Shown: positions 23,355 to 37,005, counted from the first letter of the whole stretch. The stretch: 63,802 nt of DNA, filler included, from Collodictyon triciliatum (GCA_043381765.1; 45 parts of 45 records of this genome joined end to end with filler, not necessarily neighbours in it); one strand, 5' to 3'. The notes: generated by a model not told the origin, from the sequence alone. Numbers and translations are program-made.

Positions 23355-24212
23355 AACTATTCTCCGCCTATTTAATTTCAATCCAATCCATTGTCAACAA
23401 TTTGCCTCTATTTCTTTCACCATTCCCTCCTATAACTAAAAAAAAAATGCATCCAGCAATATTACATTCAATACCTTATCAAATTATCTCCAATCTATCT
23501 CAAATGTCACGGGCATTAAATAAAGGATGAATGTCTGATAAATAGATATTTAGGATTAACGCTTAAATTTGTATGTTTCTTTCAAAAAAAAAAATAATAG
23601 CAGCTTTTCTTTGTTGGTAATTTGCATATTTTAAGGCTCGCTCATTCATTTCCTTTTATTCAACTCAAAGTTCAAGAAAGTTAAATCATACAAGAGACGG
23701 ATATAGTTTAGATAATTGAGAGCAAAAGCAAGTGATACACTACCAAGAATATGACTCGACTGGATAGAGGTCAATGATAGCTAATTGTCTAGGTGGGTGA
23801 CATGGCTGGTTGGTTAGTTATATGGATAACAGGGGCTCAATATGTGGATGAGAGAGTTTTTTTTTTTCCTTTATTCTACTCAGAGTAGTATTTGGATGAG
23901 ATAAAGTGTGAGACTAACTGATATTGTCCCTCCTGTTAATTTAGCACAGCGATGGTATATTAACTCTACTGCTTATGAATTCGGTGAAAAGGATGTTATC
24001 TGGCCTAATGTATGGAGACAAACACAAGTCAACTTCATGAGACCATCCCTAAGAGTACTCCTCCTGAATATCGTGTGGAAAAACCTTCTCACAGGAGAAA
24101 GACTCGAGAAAANNNNNNNNNNNNNNNNNNNNNNNNNNNNNNNNNNNNNNNNNNNNTTAATTAATTAANNNNNNNNNNNNNNNNNNNNNNNNNNNNNNNN
24201 NNNNNNNNNNNN

Positions 24213-24275
<63 letters not shown>

Positions 24276-24295
24276 GAAGGGAAACAGAAACAAAC

Positions 24296-24580
24296 CTCCC
24301 ACTCCTGCTCCAAGGTCACTTTTGTCTTTTGCTGCTGCTGTTCTTGTTGTCGGGCGTCAAGGTCTTGGGGATCTGACCCTGCTGTTGCCGTCTTTGCTCC
24401 CACTTTTCCTCTTGCCTGTGTCTCGTCCTGGGTAAATTGTGTGTCGTTGAACTTGCGCGACCGGACATCCTGTGTCTCCACCTTCAGCCGCGTGAACTGG
24501 GAAAGCCAAACAGAACCGCCAGCCATAAAGAGAAGCAGAGGGATCCCAGCACGGAGGAATCTCGAGTCGCTTGTGCTCAT
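24296..24580 (-). CDS. COX16: Cytochrome c oxidase assembly factor COX16, exon 1
   Basis: FLRAGIPLLLFMAGGSVWLSQFTRLKVE...KVTLEQEWE, followed by a GT donor. Confidence 0.75.
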
Positions 24581-25134
24581 CCTCAAAGGCCTCTATTTTT
24601 ATTTTATTTTATTTTTTCTCTTTATTCGATCCAAATCAAAGATCTCTACTTTGCTTCGTCCTTCGCACTCACACGGAACAAATAAGAGGGGGAGGGGGTT
24701 AGGAGAAAAAGAAGAAGATGCTAGAGAAAGAAAGAAAGAGAAAAATAAGAGGTACAGCCTCCACGCTTACGGACAGGAAGGCCAGGGAGGGTGAGAGTGG
24801 TCGAGGAAGTAGAATACAGATGGAAAGCCAGCGGAAGGGAGAAGAAAAAGAAAGAGATCGATTAAGACAAGGATGAAGACTGGGTTCATTTTTGTGGAGC
24901 GTTTATCGTCTTCGTTGGGGGAGTGGCCTACGAGGCGGGCACAGCGGACGGCCGCAGGGGAAAGAGAGCGCGGCCGGAAGACGAGGGCAGGTGAAGAGCA
25001 TCAGAGGGGCGGGGGGAGAAGCGGGGATCAAAAAGGCGCGCTTAGAACAACGACACAAAGGAGGGTTGGAAACGAGGGCACCAGGAGAGGGTCCACCGGC
25101 AGGTGCGTGGGTGGGCGGGCGGTGGGGGCGCCAC

Positions 25135-25451
25135 TTATTCCTTCGGGGTCTGTGCAGCGGCAGCGGCAGGGGCAGGGGCGGCCGGCTTGGTGACGGGGAC
25201 GGCCTTCTTGATGGTCAGGGTGCGGCCTCCGACGACCACCTCCTGCAGCTTGTCGAAGGCGGCGTCGCGGGCGGCGGTGGTGGCAAACTCGACAAAGCCG
25301 AAGCCCTTGCTGCGTCCGTGGGGGCGGGTGGCCACGCGGCCGGAGACGGCGCTGAACTGCTGGAAGATGCTGACGAGCGTCTCGTCGTTGACCGAGAACG
25401 GCAGGTTCGCCACAAAGAACGCCTTTTCGTTGTCCACGCTGCACGGCGCCG
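25135..25451 (-). CDS. RRM RNA-binding protein, last exon
   Basis: RNP2 FFVANL and RNP1 KGFGFVEF; GC-rich codons. Confidence 0.9.
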
Positions 25452-25639
25452 CTTTCAGTGAATGCAGGGAGAAGGCGAGAAGGCGAGAGGAGAGAGGTGG
25501 CTTACTGGATCGGGGCAGGGCGCGGCGAGCGGGCACGGCNNNNNNNNNNNNNNNNNNNNNNNNNNNNNNNNNNNNNNNNNNNNTTAATTAATTAANNNNN
25601 NNNNNNNNNNNNNNNNNNNNNNNNNNNNNNNNNNNNNNN

Positions 25640-25670
<31 letters not shown>

Positions 25671-25872
25671 TTATATATATATATTTGGTGTTTTTTTTTT
25701 TTTTTTGAACTGGCCGAGACTCTGAGAGTTTTCTTTCTGATTAGAGGCCACTTAATTTTTGAAAAATCATTTTCTTTTAACGTGCATTTCAAAAATATGT
25801 TAAATCGCGTACGAGATTCTTTGGATCACACGATATGACAAAAGATTTTTAAAAAATATCTACCCCTTCCAA

Positions 25873-26430
25873 TAGTTATCAAAATAGCCGGGGACGCGGT
25901 CGTGGTTGCATGGGTTGTGGATGAGACACAAACTTCAAAAGCAGACGATGAAAAACACGTGTCGCTTGGCTTTAAAGAGTTTCCAAGGTACATGTATTCA
26001 TGCAAGGATTATGAGTCTGCCGTCCTGCAAGCCACAATATGTTGCTTGAAAAGTATGGAATTAGCAAAGAAATACAATAGAAAGACACATGAGCCAAGTG
26101 ATTTGGACTCAATCCATGAGCTCAGGGTTCACTGTGGAATGGCGGCTGGTGATTTGTTCGAAGTTGTTTGCGGGGGTAAGCTTTTACATATATGGTTTTA
26201 CTTTGGACATTAGAAAAATTATCCTTATGTTAAATATTTACTTCTTATTACCATAAACACAGGGTTTAATGGTTCGTTTGAGCACATAATCTGTGGAGAT
26301 TCTGTTTTCACAGAGATTACAGAAGCCATTAAAAACTCTCATTCTGGAGAGTTGTGTATGTCCGAGCGATGTTGGGATGTTTTTCCAGAGAAATCTCATC
26401 TATTGAAACTATATTCCCACGATGAGAAAG
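25873..26430 (+). CDS. Class III nucleotide cyclase of the soluble adenylyl cyclase (ADCY10-like) type, internal exons
   Basis: VIKIAGDAVVVAW...LRVHCGMAAGDLFEVVCGG|FNGSFEHIICGD...SGELCMSERCW. Confidence 0.75.
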
Positions 26431-26779
26431 TTTGTACCATTTCAATGATTTAAACTTTTTCTTGCGTGGTCATTCATATTTATTGCTTTCCTCGCTCAAT
26501 ATTACCCTTTGCTTCATTGCGACATGCTACAGAAATTAAATGAAATGTCTATTAATCGATTAGATCGCTGGTTCCAAAACTCTGCATATTATTTCCTCTG
26601 AACTCCCAGTTAAAGGTAGTTCAATTTCAGACTGAATTGCTGTAAACCATTTAATGCATTTGTTCTAAATTGTTGAACCTTTATAAGAGAACTTTATGTA
26701 ATCCATATTATCTTATTTGCTGATTTCCCCCTTCATTCGATTTAATTTTATTTGTTGAATTTGCTTTTGCATATCCACA

Positions 26780-26878
<99 letters not shown>

Positions 26879-27825
26879 CTTGTTTATTTTCTCTTATAAA
26901 TTGAACAGAGAAGAGAAACTCGAAATTAACAAGAAAGCAGAGTGAATTTTTCGGGGACGATNNNNNNNNNNNNNNNNNNNNNNNNNNNNNNNNNNNNNNN
27001 NNNNNTTAATTAATTAANNNNNNNNNNNNNNNNNNNNNNNNNNNNNNNNNNNNNNNNNNNNAGTAAAAAAAAGTAAAAAAAAGTAAAAAAAAGTAAAAAA
27101 AAGTAAAAAAAAGTAAAAAAAAAAGTAATAAAAAACAGTAAAAAACAGTAAAAAACAGTAAAAAACAGTAAAAAACAGTAAAAAACAGTAAAAAACAGTA
27201 AAAAACAGTAAAAAACAGTAAAAAACAGTAAAAAGTAAGAAGAAAAACAGCGAACCAATAAAATAGTAAAACGAAAGTCTATGAAAAACGGATTTCTCTT
27301 AAACAGATGAGTTTCACCGTGGGGGCTTTCCTTGCAGGTGCTATTTGGAGCGTGTTCCTTTCGCAGCAGCGTCTCGAGGCTGAGCGTTTCATTCACTCGA
27401 TGAAAAACGAGGAAGTAATTAAATTATTCTTGATTTAAGATAATTTATCCACTTTACATACTTTTTTTTAGATAGGTAGAATTTTTTTTGTGGTATTTCT
27501 TTCAGGAAAAATTTGTATCATATTTCAGATTAAATAGATTGCGCACATTATTGATTTTTGAAGTCATTACAATCAATTATCATTTTTCACGCTGATGTAC
27601 AAATGTAGCATCATAATGTATTACAAAAAAGCAAAAGAAATATTCGAACGCCTAGGCTATTTTCTAACAATTAGCATACAAATGCAGAGCAATCGATCTC
27701 CAACGCAATAAATCGAGGCAGTTCCTCTAATAAGCTTACTGTATACGACTTCAAACGGTGTAGCGTATTCAAAAAAACCCGATTATTCAACTCTCGAGGT
27801 TTATATCTTGTTTTTCCAAAAAGAG

Positions 27826-28358
27826 TTTTTTTTTTCTTGATTCGACAGCCATCATTTGCACGGACGCCACTTGTTGGCCGGGTGGCAAAGAAGTAGTCGG
27901 TAATCAGGAATTGCATCGTGCGGTTTGGCCTGTAGCCTGGGTCTTGTGCTTGCATGAGAGATACAAGGCGAGGTTTAATTTCTTTCTCAGCCCCTTCCAC
28001 ACGTCTCTTCTCACAGGGTCTGAGGAATGGAGAACGTGCGGGTGGCGAAGGAAGCTGTTGAGAAAATAGATTTGTATGATGTCATCCAATCTGTTACAGG
28101 AATGGGCTTTAGCTTAGCAATCCACCTTTTACACAGGATTGCTACGCCGGCATGTTTGTGTTGTGATGGTGATAATGATGGTGACCATAGCTGAGGGCCC
28201 TTCCACCCGAAATCAGTAGATTGGGTCTCAGGGCTCTGCCACGTCTCTTGAGGACAGACGATATCCGCGTGGGTGAAAAGAGCTGTCTTGTAAACCTCTT
28301 TCCGCCTGTGGGGGTCGTTAATCCCCCTAGCGTTCCATGACAGAACGCCGAAACGCAT
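27826..28358 (-). mobile_element. Internally deleted L1/Tx1-like retrotransposon: EN N-terminus fused to the ORF2 3' end, short A-tail
   Basis: SWNARGIN...ADIVCPQETW...GVAILCK at 28100-28358. Bases 27845-28105 align with 34500-34770 and 54710-54980. Confidence 0.85.
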
Positions 28359-28623
28359 GGTCTGTTATTAATGGGTGGAGGGANNNNNNNNNNNNNNNNN
28401 NNNNNNNNNNNNNNNNNNNNNNNNNNNTTAATTAATTAANNNNNNNNNNNNNNNNNNNNNNNNNNNNNNNNNNNNNNNNNNNNGTTTGCCCAGTGCTGTC
28501 GACTATGAATCGTATCGCGGGTGCATTTATTTCCCCTCATTTAATTCGATTATAGGAATCGCATTTTTGCATTATGTTCATAAGAGCGGCATATGTGCTG
28601 AAAAGGTAACTTTTTTCAAACAG

Positions 28624-29577
28624 AAAGCTTCGCCATCCTCACATCCTCCAGTTTTTTGGATGTGTTGTCGTTGGAGAGGATTACATATATGGAGTATTTG
28701 AATATCTCCACGGGTGTCAACTTGGAACACTATTATCTCAGCTTAATTCCGAGGACTCTCCTTTGGGCGAAGCAAATAACCTCCGCCAAAACCAGGTGCT
28801 TTCAATCCTAAGCGGAGTTGCAAGGTGTTTTTTTTTTTAAAAAAAAAAGATTGGATGTTTTAATGACAAATGTATATATCACATATGTAGTTAATTCGGT
28901 TTAAATAGTGCCAATTTGTACATCGATTTACTGGATGTATACATTCGTTTTAAAATAAAATTGTCCTTTTTATTGGATTCAGCTCTGTTCTATATCTTCA
29001 CCAGCGAAACATTGTTGTTCGTATGGGAAGTGGAATCACAGTCAATAACATTTACGTATGAATACCTTAGTTTAATCATGTTACCTTCACTTTCTTTTCA
29101 GTTTATGGAACTTTTATCACTCGGTTCTCCAGTTTATCATACGTCATATAATTTCAAATTTATGCAATATGTAGGTGGATGAACGTCTGCAAAGTTACTT
29201 GATTGACGTAGACTCAGCACCAGTAACAAACGTGGATTCTAATGCACCCAGCCAATTAGATGATATCCATGACTTTGGTGTCCTAATTTGGCGCATTCTA
29301 TTCAAGAATATTACAGACTATCCTCACGATGTTGGTGAGTTGGATTTGCTTTTATGTCAAACTCATTCTACTTTGTGGATAGTAAAGTATATATTGGCCT
29401 CTTCAATCGACTTTTTTTTTTTAAGAAAGAAAGAAAAAAGTACTTTAAATTTACCCAAAAATTGTTTCAGTTGAGGAATTTGACAAATTATCAAAAGCTG
29501 GGCATCCGCAATTCTTGGTGGAATTATTCTTACTATGTAGTCAACCTGATTCATCGAAATACCCCAATTTTTGGCAG
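28624..29577 (+). CDS. TKL-type kinase domain, probable pseudokinase, spliced
   Basis: KLRHPHILQFFGC...VFEYLHG; YLHQRNIVVRMG..NNIY|VDERLQSYLIDVD...DIHDFGVLIWRIL; PQFLVELFLLCSQPDSSKYPNF. Confidence 0.65.
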
Positions 29578-30030
29578 GTGAATACAAGAACGTCTCTGTT
29601 TTCACTGCATTCATTCGATTTGTTTCATAGAAAGGCTCAGAAATGTAAATTTACCATATAGTGATGTTAAATACTAATTATTTTGAATTTAATCATTCAC
29701 GAAATCTAGATTATACAAATGATACAAAGCAGAAAAATAAGAGTCAAGAAGGTACTCTATCCGATCTAGAATACAACTTATCTTCAATCGAGGCATATTA
29801 TGGGNNNNNNNNNNNNNNNNNNNNNNNNNNNNNNNNNNNNNNNNNNNNTTAATTAATTAANNNNNNNNNNNNNNNNNNNNNNNNNNNNNNNNNNNNNNNN
29901 NNNNACGTGCCTTCTGTTTCCTTTGATTTTTATTTTTGTTTTTGTTTTTGTTTTTTATTAATATTGCTATTATTATTATTTTAATTTTAATTTTATTTAT
30001 TATTATTGCTATTATTATTATTATTTTAAT

Positions 30031-30130
<100 letters not shown>

Positions 30131-30683
30131 TGATTCTCGTCGGAAAGACTCACAGAAACTGTATTTTCAGGAGGCCAGCACTAGAGAAGAATTTGCAAGG
30201 CATTTAATCAAAAGTCGATAATGTCTTCAGCAGACGAATCTTTACAAAAGTAAATATATGCATATAACTAGCGAAATAATCCATTCACAGATCCCCGCGA
30301 CTGTGAACGAGTTGAATATCCTTTCTTTTGTTTTACTTTTACTTTTACTATTATTTTCTTGCATCCTTCTTGATGCACTGTCATGATGCATGTATTCAGA
30401 AAAATGATTCCTTCATTCCAGAAAGCATTTTCGTGCGGATGCCAATTCTCCCAGGAAGCGTGGAGCAACTAGCGGGAAGACAGGCGAGGTTTCATCTCCT
30501 GGTAAGCTGCTCTCTTACTTTCACCCTCTCTCACTTCCTACATCGATAATTTGTTTCCCTTTCATGCCGGCATCTTTGTCTTTATTTCCAATAAGACATA
30601 TACCGATACAAAAAAAAATTTCGGCTTACTTCCTTCTTCCTTTTTAAAATGATAGTAATAATCATCCCATATAACCGTATAGT

Positions 30684-31066
30684 AGATTCTGCCGATGGCT
30701 CCCAGTATCTTGTGGCAAAGGTCGTGATGCTCGGGGATTCAGGTTGCATATTGATATATTTTAATGCATGAAATATTCAATTATATACTGTGCTATACAT
30801 CGAGCCTCCTTCGTTCTATTTTCATACTTCAATTATGTCGTATATATCCATAATTCAGATATGTCTTTCTAATCTGTAACTAAGATTCTTCTTAATATAT
30901 ATTCCTTGTTGTTTTCTTTTTTGTTGTTTTGTTGTTTTTAAATATTAAGTAAAAAATATGTACTTGACCAGGTGTGGGAAAATCAAGCTTAGTCACCCGC
31001 TATGTCGACGGAAATTTCACCTCCACTATGAAGAGTACTGTCGGTGCATCCTTTTTTACAAAGAGA
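30684..31066 (+). CDS. Rab-family small GTPase, 5' exons
   Basis: AKVVMLGDSG|VGKSSLVTRYVDGNFTSTMKSTVGASFLQR (G1 and G2 motifs; TVGASF as in the Rab5/21/22 group). Confidence 0.88.
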
Positions 31067-31138
31067 TTGTAATACTTTGCTTTTTTTATTCAACTTTCAT
31101 TCACAGAAAATAATGTTTTATAAGTTCGCAATTTTATG

Positions 31139-31169
<31 letters not shown>

Positions 31170-31174
31170 TTTTT

Positions 31175-31225
<51 letters not shown>

Positions 31226-31569
31226 NNNNNNNNNNNNNNNNNNNNNNNNNNNNNNNNNNNNNNNNNNNNTTAATTAATTAANNNNNNNNNNNNNNNNNNN
31301 NNNNNNNNNNNNNNNNNNNNNNNNNCTACTCTCGTGCTAGGTTTGGCGTGTTTCTGTTCTTCGATCTTCCTCAGGAAGGTCACTTCGCTTTGCTACCAAA
31401 ATGTAAGGGGATGTCCTTTTATTCTGCTATAAGCTTGTTTCATGATTCCCAACCTATTAACGAGTCGACGGACTCGTTAAATATCTCCTGGACAAAGGAT
31501 TCAGGGGAGGATTCTGAGAACGATTCTGGAGCGTTCCACGGTGGTTCTTTGAACTGATTCTGAGAACAT

Positions 31570-32300
31570 GCTTGGAGAATTACGAGATGGGTCTTAGTAT
31601 CAGATCAGAGATTCCAAGGACGCACTTGGGTGTCTAGTTGTTGCACTAAGCCACCTACGGAGGGAGGGCTGGGACTCATAACGCCTGGCATTGCATAGTC
31701 ATCGCTCACTATGGATGGTGGACCGATATCCTTACCCACCCGAAAGGATTTTGGCAGCATGGAATGTGGCATCTTATTCACCGCATATGTCCGAACTTCA
31801 AAGCACGGCTCTGTGAGAGTATAATGCCATCACCCCCGCCAAACACTCCCGAGGCGCTACTAGCGCGGTTGAAGATTCTGTATGAAAACTGTGAAATGTG
31901 CGAGTTTACTCAACTACACGCTGTTACGGGGCAAAATTTGCTGGAATAGAGCAAGAGGCATCTGTATCAAAAGTCGAGAGAAGGAAACAGCTCCTTCATT
32001 CTGCAACATGTCGCTTTCCAAAAGGATGGGAGCTTTTCATCGTCGAAAAATGCAGCGATATTTCACTCCTCGAATGCAACAGCCAACCACAGTCGTCCTG
32101 AACAACAAAGGAGAATGGCGCTCACGCCGCCTGACCTCTTGTGGAGCGCCGTCGCCATTTTTCTTTCGCCTGAAAAACCAAAGGCAGTCGATTATACCTG
32201 ACTCACTGAATTATCTATGGCCATGGCGTACTTCAAGCTGTTTCGATACAAAATCATCAGTCCTAATCCTTAATAACCAGAGAAAATGAGTTAATGGGCC
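31570..32300 (+). mobile_element. Decayed non-LTR ORF2 post-RT region
   Basis: TW...CTKPPTEGGLGL matches the L1-type P..EGGLG motif; frames broken. Confidence 0.4.
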
Positions 32301-33519
32301 GAAACTATACGCATTACAGACAAATATTAGAAAAAAGAAGGAAGACAACATTCTTCGATAGTTTGACTGCAAGAAAATAGAGATGTGTAATGTGCGTCGT
32401 GCGATACCTCCCACAAAATATCGAAACCCATGTTACCCACGCAACCAATCAACCAGTTGGGCCGCCCACCTCTCCCTAACGCCCACTGAGTTCTTTCCAG
32501 TGCTAGCCTCTTCTCAGTAACATCTTCTCCTAATCGCGTTAGCTCTGTGCCATGCGCACCACCTCATCCCTTTTTATGGAATTACTTTCTTGCCCTTACA
32601 TCTAACAAGGAGTAAAAATATGCTAAAGCCTCGCAAATCACAAAAANNNNNNNNNNNNNNNNNNNNNNNNNNNNNNNNNNNNNNNNNNNNTTAATTAATT
32701 AANNNNNNNNNNNNNNNNNNNNNNNNNNNNNNNNNNNNNNNNNNNNAATCTGATGCATATTCATATAGCCTGCATAATTGCACGACCTTCACAAAGGGAC
32801 AGTCTTACATAAAATAGTGAGGTACACGGACACAGCCACTGATGTTGCATTCCACCCACTTCACTCTCAACTGGCGACTTCGTGCTTGGATGAGAAAGTA
32901 AGAATATTTAATGAAAAGGAAAGTGGGAGCTCTTCATGATTATTGTCTACTTTTATCCAGTATCATAAACGCAAGTGGTAAAAATAAAAGTGGGATGTGA
33001 TGGGGTAATTCTGGTGTATTTGATTTAATTTCCCCCTGATTCTATGGTTTATCTCTTCCCGTATCAATATAAAAGCTATACCACTATGCTATCATGTTTG
33101 CTAGAAAATATTGAGAATATTTTTTTGCTTTACTCCTTTTATCCTTTTTTTCCTTTTTTTGCGCGAAAAGAAAATATACGTAGTTTATGTGACAATAACA
33201 CAAGCAAACTATGTATGTAATCAAACAAAATATGGGGGAGAAAATCGTCAGGGTAGGTGCATACGGATAGAAAAAGACAAGCAAACGAACAAAACCGTAT
33301 TTTCTAGCAGGCAAACTGTCATATCCAATCAGGCATATGGTTTGTGGTAGCGGTGAAGGGGTTTTCGTTTTTGCGTATATCAGACCCGCTAAGGGATTTC
33401 ATTTTAGATTGTGAGAGACCATCACACTGATGAAGCATGGCGCGAAAGAAGTATTTATCATGGGCTTTGTCCATAGGGTCCAAAAGAAATGGGCGCCAGC
33501 GTAGAATGCAGGGATACGG

Positions 33520-33778
33520 TGGGATGTTGCTTGGTCAAACTTGTTTTCCAGGACGAAGCGGTAGCGGACACCACCAGCACGAACGCGCTCGAGGGCAGTA
33601 TTGATGTTTTGGATGGGCAGAACTCCAATCCAAGGACTGACGTTGTACTAGGAAGCAAATTGCAACATTTCTTTGATTTCGAAAGTGGAGTCGATGACGC
33701 TGCCATACAGACCGACATGGCTCATGATAAGATTGAAGGGCGCGATTTTGATGGTTCTTCAGGGAGACCACCCACAAC
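33520..33778 (-). pseudogene. Cinnamyl-alcohol-dehydrogenase-like (YahK/ADH6-type) C-terminal fragment
   Basis: GLPEEP/IKIAPFNLIMSHVGLYGSVIDSTFEIKEMLQFAS*YNVSPWIGVLPIQNINTALERVRAGGVRYRFVLE; one frameshift and one in-frame TAG. Not in the ORF track. Confidence 0.8.
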
Positions 33779-34167
33779 CATTTTTTTGTGAGTGCGGAAA
33801 AGTGACAGATACCCGCCTTACTTAATGTCGTTGTTATTTGCTGTTACAAGGATAACATCCCACTAATTAATTCTGATTGTAAAACAAAGTTCCTTCATTT
33901 ATTTTAGCAATAGATAAACACATATTAACGGATTTTTGTGTTTGATTCGCATACGGTCTTTGCAGCAGCAGCGATTTCGGCAGGGTTGCTACTGTTGATG
34001 AAGTGGTTCGCTCCAAGCTTGATAGCTTCCTCTTTCTTTTTCTCTGAGTGAGAAATGGTGGTTACTTNNNNNNNNNNNNNNNNNNNNNNNNNNNNNNNNN
34101 NNNNNNNNNNNTTAATTAATTAANNNNNNNNNNNNNNNNNNNNNNNNNNNNNNNNNNNNNNNNNNNN

Positions 34168-34778
34168 CACCAATAGGGAGCTATGGATAGGCACACGCGC
34201 GGCAAAAGCTGGCAAAGTCTCCCAACAATGCACACTTTGCAGCAACGGTGATGAATCCATTGAGCACACATTTTTGCAATGTCCCTTCTCTCAAAAACCT
34301 GCGCGAAACAGCCAGTGCGATTCTCCGACTGACACTCAAGACGGCTGCGGCTGTTGGCCCAATCCAGGCGATATTTGGGCCTCTACAACAGCTGCATCCA
34401 GATGCAAAAACATTCTGGGCAGTGATGCAAGGCCATTTGCTATGGACTATGTGGATAGCGCGCATATACTCACGCAAAGCAAGACTCAACAACCATCCAC
34501 CCATTCCTGATAATAGACTGGATGACATCATACAAATCTCTTTCCTCAACAGCTTTCTTCGCCACATGCACGTTCTCTACTATCCATACCCCGTGAGAAG
34601 AGACATGTGAAAGAAGTTGAGAAAGAGATTAAACATGGCCTTGTATCTCTCATGCAAGCACAAGACCCAGGCTACAGGCCAAACCGCAGGATGCAATTCT
34701 TGATTACTAACTACTTCTCCGCCACCCGGTCAACAAGTAGCGTTCATGCAAACGATGGCTAGCAAACCAAAGCCAAAA
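34168..34778 (+). mobile_element. L1/Tx1-like ORF2 3' end with zf-RVT CCHC finger
   Basis: NRELWIG...CTLCSNGDESIEHTFLQCPFS.../GHLLWTMWIAR; three related copies in the window. Confidence 0.85.
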
Positions 34779-36173
34779 CTTCGAGAAACTTACACAAACT
34801 GAAGGGGAAAATGCTTTTGAGAGCGACCTATAATTGAGTATTTACCTTAACACAGCTAGGAGGCAAAAACGATTGCTACCGTTGGTTCTGCTGGGAATTA
34901 ATAGGATATTGAACCCTTCTGTCAGAAGGTTTTGAACTTTTACTTTGACATTAATGTTCAATAGTTCTTGTATAACTGGTTTATATTGAAAATTTTATGA
35001 GCTGGCCGGACAAAAGGACAAAACTAGAAAAGCTAAAATTTTATTGCAGCGCTTCACTCGAAAGCGCCGAAAGAAAAATTCCCAAGAGGTATGTACTCTT
35101 ATCGCCGCTATACACGAGCACCAATATTGGACAAAATAGACTCGATATTAAGTTTTAAGAAACGTGACGTAGTTCGACGTTGCAATTGCATCAAGGAACC
35201 AACAAGGTCGTTGACCTTTTTATGTGAAAAAAATAGCGTTAAGTTAGAATCACTCATCGCGGAGAAAAATTGTAACCCTGAAACGAATAAGTCTCCATAT
35301 AAGCAACTATGTTTCTTTTATTCTGTTATTCATTATTCTGTCTCATTGATTCTTTAATTCTTTGATTCTTTTATTATTCATTTATTCTTTATCATCATTA
35401 TTATCATCATTATTATCATCATTATTATCATCATTATTATCATCATTATTATCATCATTATTATCATCATTATTATCATCATTATTANNNNNNNNNNNNN
35501 NNNNNNNNNNNNNNNNNNNNNNNNNNNNNNNTTAATTAATTAANNNNNNNNNNNNNNNNNNNNNNNNNNNNNNNNNNNNNNNNNNNNTCGACAATCCATT
35601 TTCCAATGTGCATTCTCCAGTTTCTGATTGCAGAATTTCGGCCACTCTCCAACCGCAGCGACGCCGGACTTAGCACAAAGAGACGCATCCGTGCAGGTGA
35701 TTCAGGAAACCCACGAACATGCAGCAACTCCTCCGCACCAACGCGACTCATGTGGCCACCCCCAGTATTCCCAACCATATGGCAATTCCCAGGTCTTTGG
35801 TGACGCCCGGTGACGCACGCGACAAGCACCCGGCTATTCCCAAGACTTTCGATGCAAGAGGTCAACCTTGGCTGTGGCCAACCCCGAACCGGTGAATTTC
35901 CAAGGAAGCACAAGCACACAAGTTCTGCACAAGTCGTCTTCTCTGAAAAATCCGCCGGCCTTTGCGGGATATTTAATGTCGTCTTGTCGAAATCCTTGCT
36001 CCTCTTTTTTTATTCACAAAGTACTTTCTGATCTCCGTGTGCACAACCCACCGTCCTGACTCGAGTAATTCTGTCCTTTATGATTGTTAAGTCCACTCAT
36101 AAATCAAATAAATGATGTGTATTGTATTGACACCCAGCCAGTCTACCCATATATACAGCCGGAATCTGTCCAG

Positions 36174-36815
36174 ATGTCCGACTATCTCACACCTGCTCAA
36201 GTGGATGCGCTTTTGGAAGTTCGGAAACTCTCTGAGAAACCTGATATTGCCACTCTGAAAGGATCTACATATCTGAATCTCAGTTTCAAGAATCTGTCAT
36301 CTGTGCCGCCTGGTGTTTTTTTGTTGACTGGTCTGAAAGAATTGTGGCTTGATAACAATCAGCTGTCATCACTACCTGCACAAATATCCTGTTTGACTGG
36401 TCTCAGTATACTTGATGTTCGTGGAAATAAGCTGTCATCACTACCTGCACAAATATCCTGTTTGACTGGTCTCACATATCTTGATGTTAATGGAAATCAG
36501 CTGTCATCACTACCTGCACAAATATCGTGTTTGACTGGTCTCATAGAACTTTATGTTTGGTCAAATCCGGTATGTTTTTATTCATATATTATATTATATT
36601 TATGTTTAAAAGATAGTGACTGACAATGATACACACAGATGGAGGAGCTTCCAGCACAGATCACAGCCCTCACAAATCTGAAAAAACTCTGGATAAAATA
36701 TACATATACACAAACCATAAAGAGAGCCCCGCGTGGCATCTCCAATCTCCCCTGCTGGAACAACACAGGATACGAAGACAACAAACACATCCGCGCTCTG
36801 CAGCTCTACGACCCC
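36174..36815 (+). CDS. Leucine-rich-repeat protein, 5' exons
   Basis: 23-aa LxxLxLxxNxLSSLPAQISCLTG repeats encoded by near-identical 69-bp units; GT-AG intron about 36571-36638. Confidence 0.9.
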
Positions 36816-37005
36816 GTAAGCACACATCCACCCCCAACCCCCACATACACAACACAGGACACAACTAACATAACCCTAGGTCGAAACCGCAGCTGAAGCT
36901 AAAAANNNNNNNNNNNNNNNNNNNNNNNNNNNNNNNNNNNNNNNNNNNNTTAATTAATTAANNNNNNNNNNNNNNNNNNNNNNNNNNNNNNNNNNNNNNN
37001 NNNNN

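Noticed and set aside
33489-33791. 100-aa plus-strand ORF, and possible TAG reassignment suggested by the in-frame TAG in the ADH fragment
   Set aside because: The ORF is the antisense shadow of ADH. The fragment also has a frameshift, and long ORFs elsewhere have no in-frame TAG, so pseudogenisation explains it.
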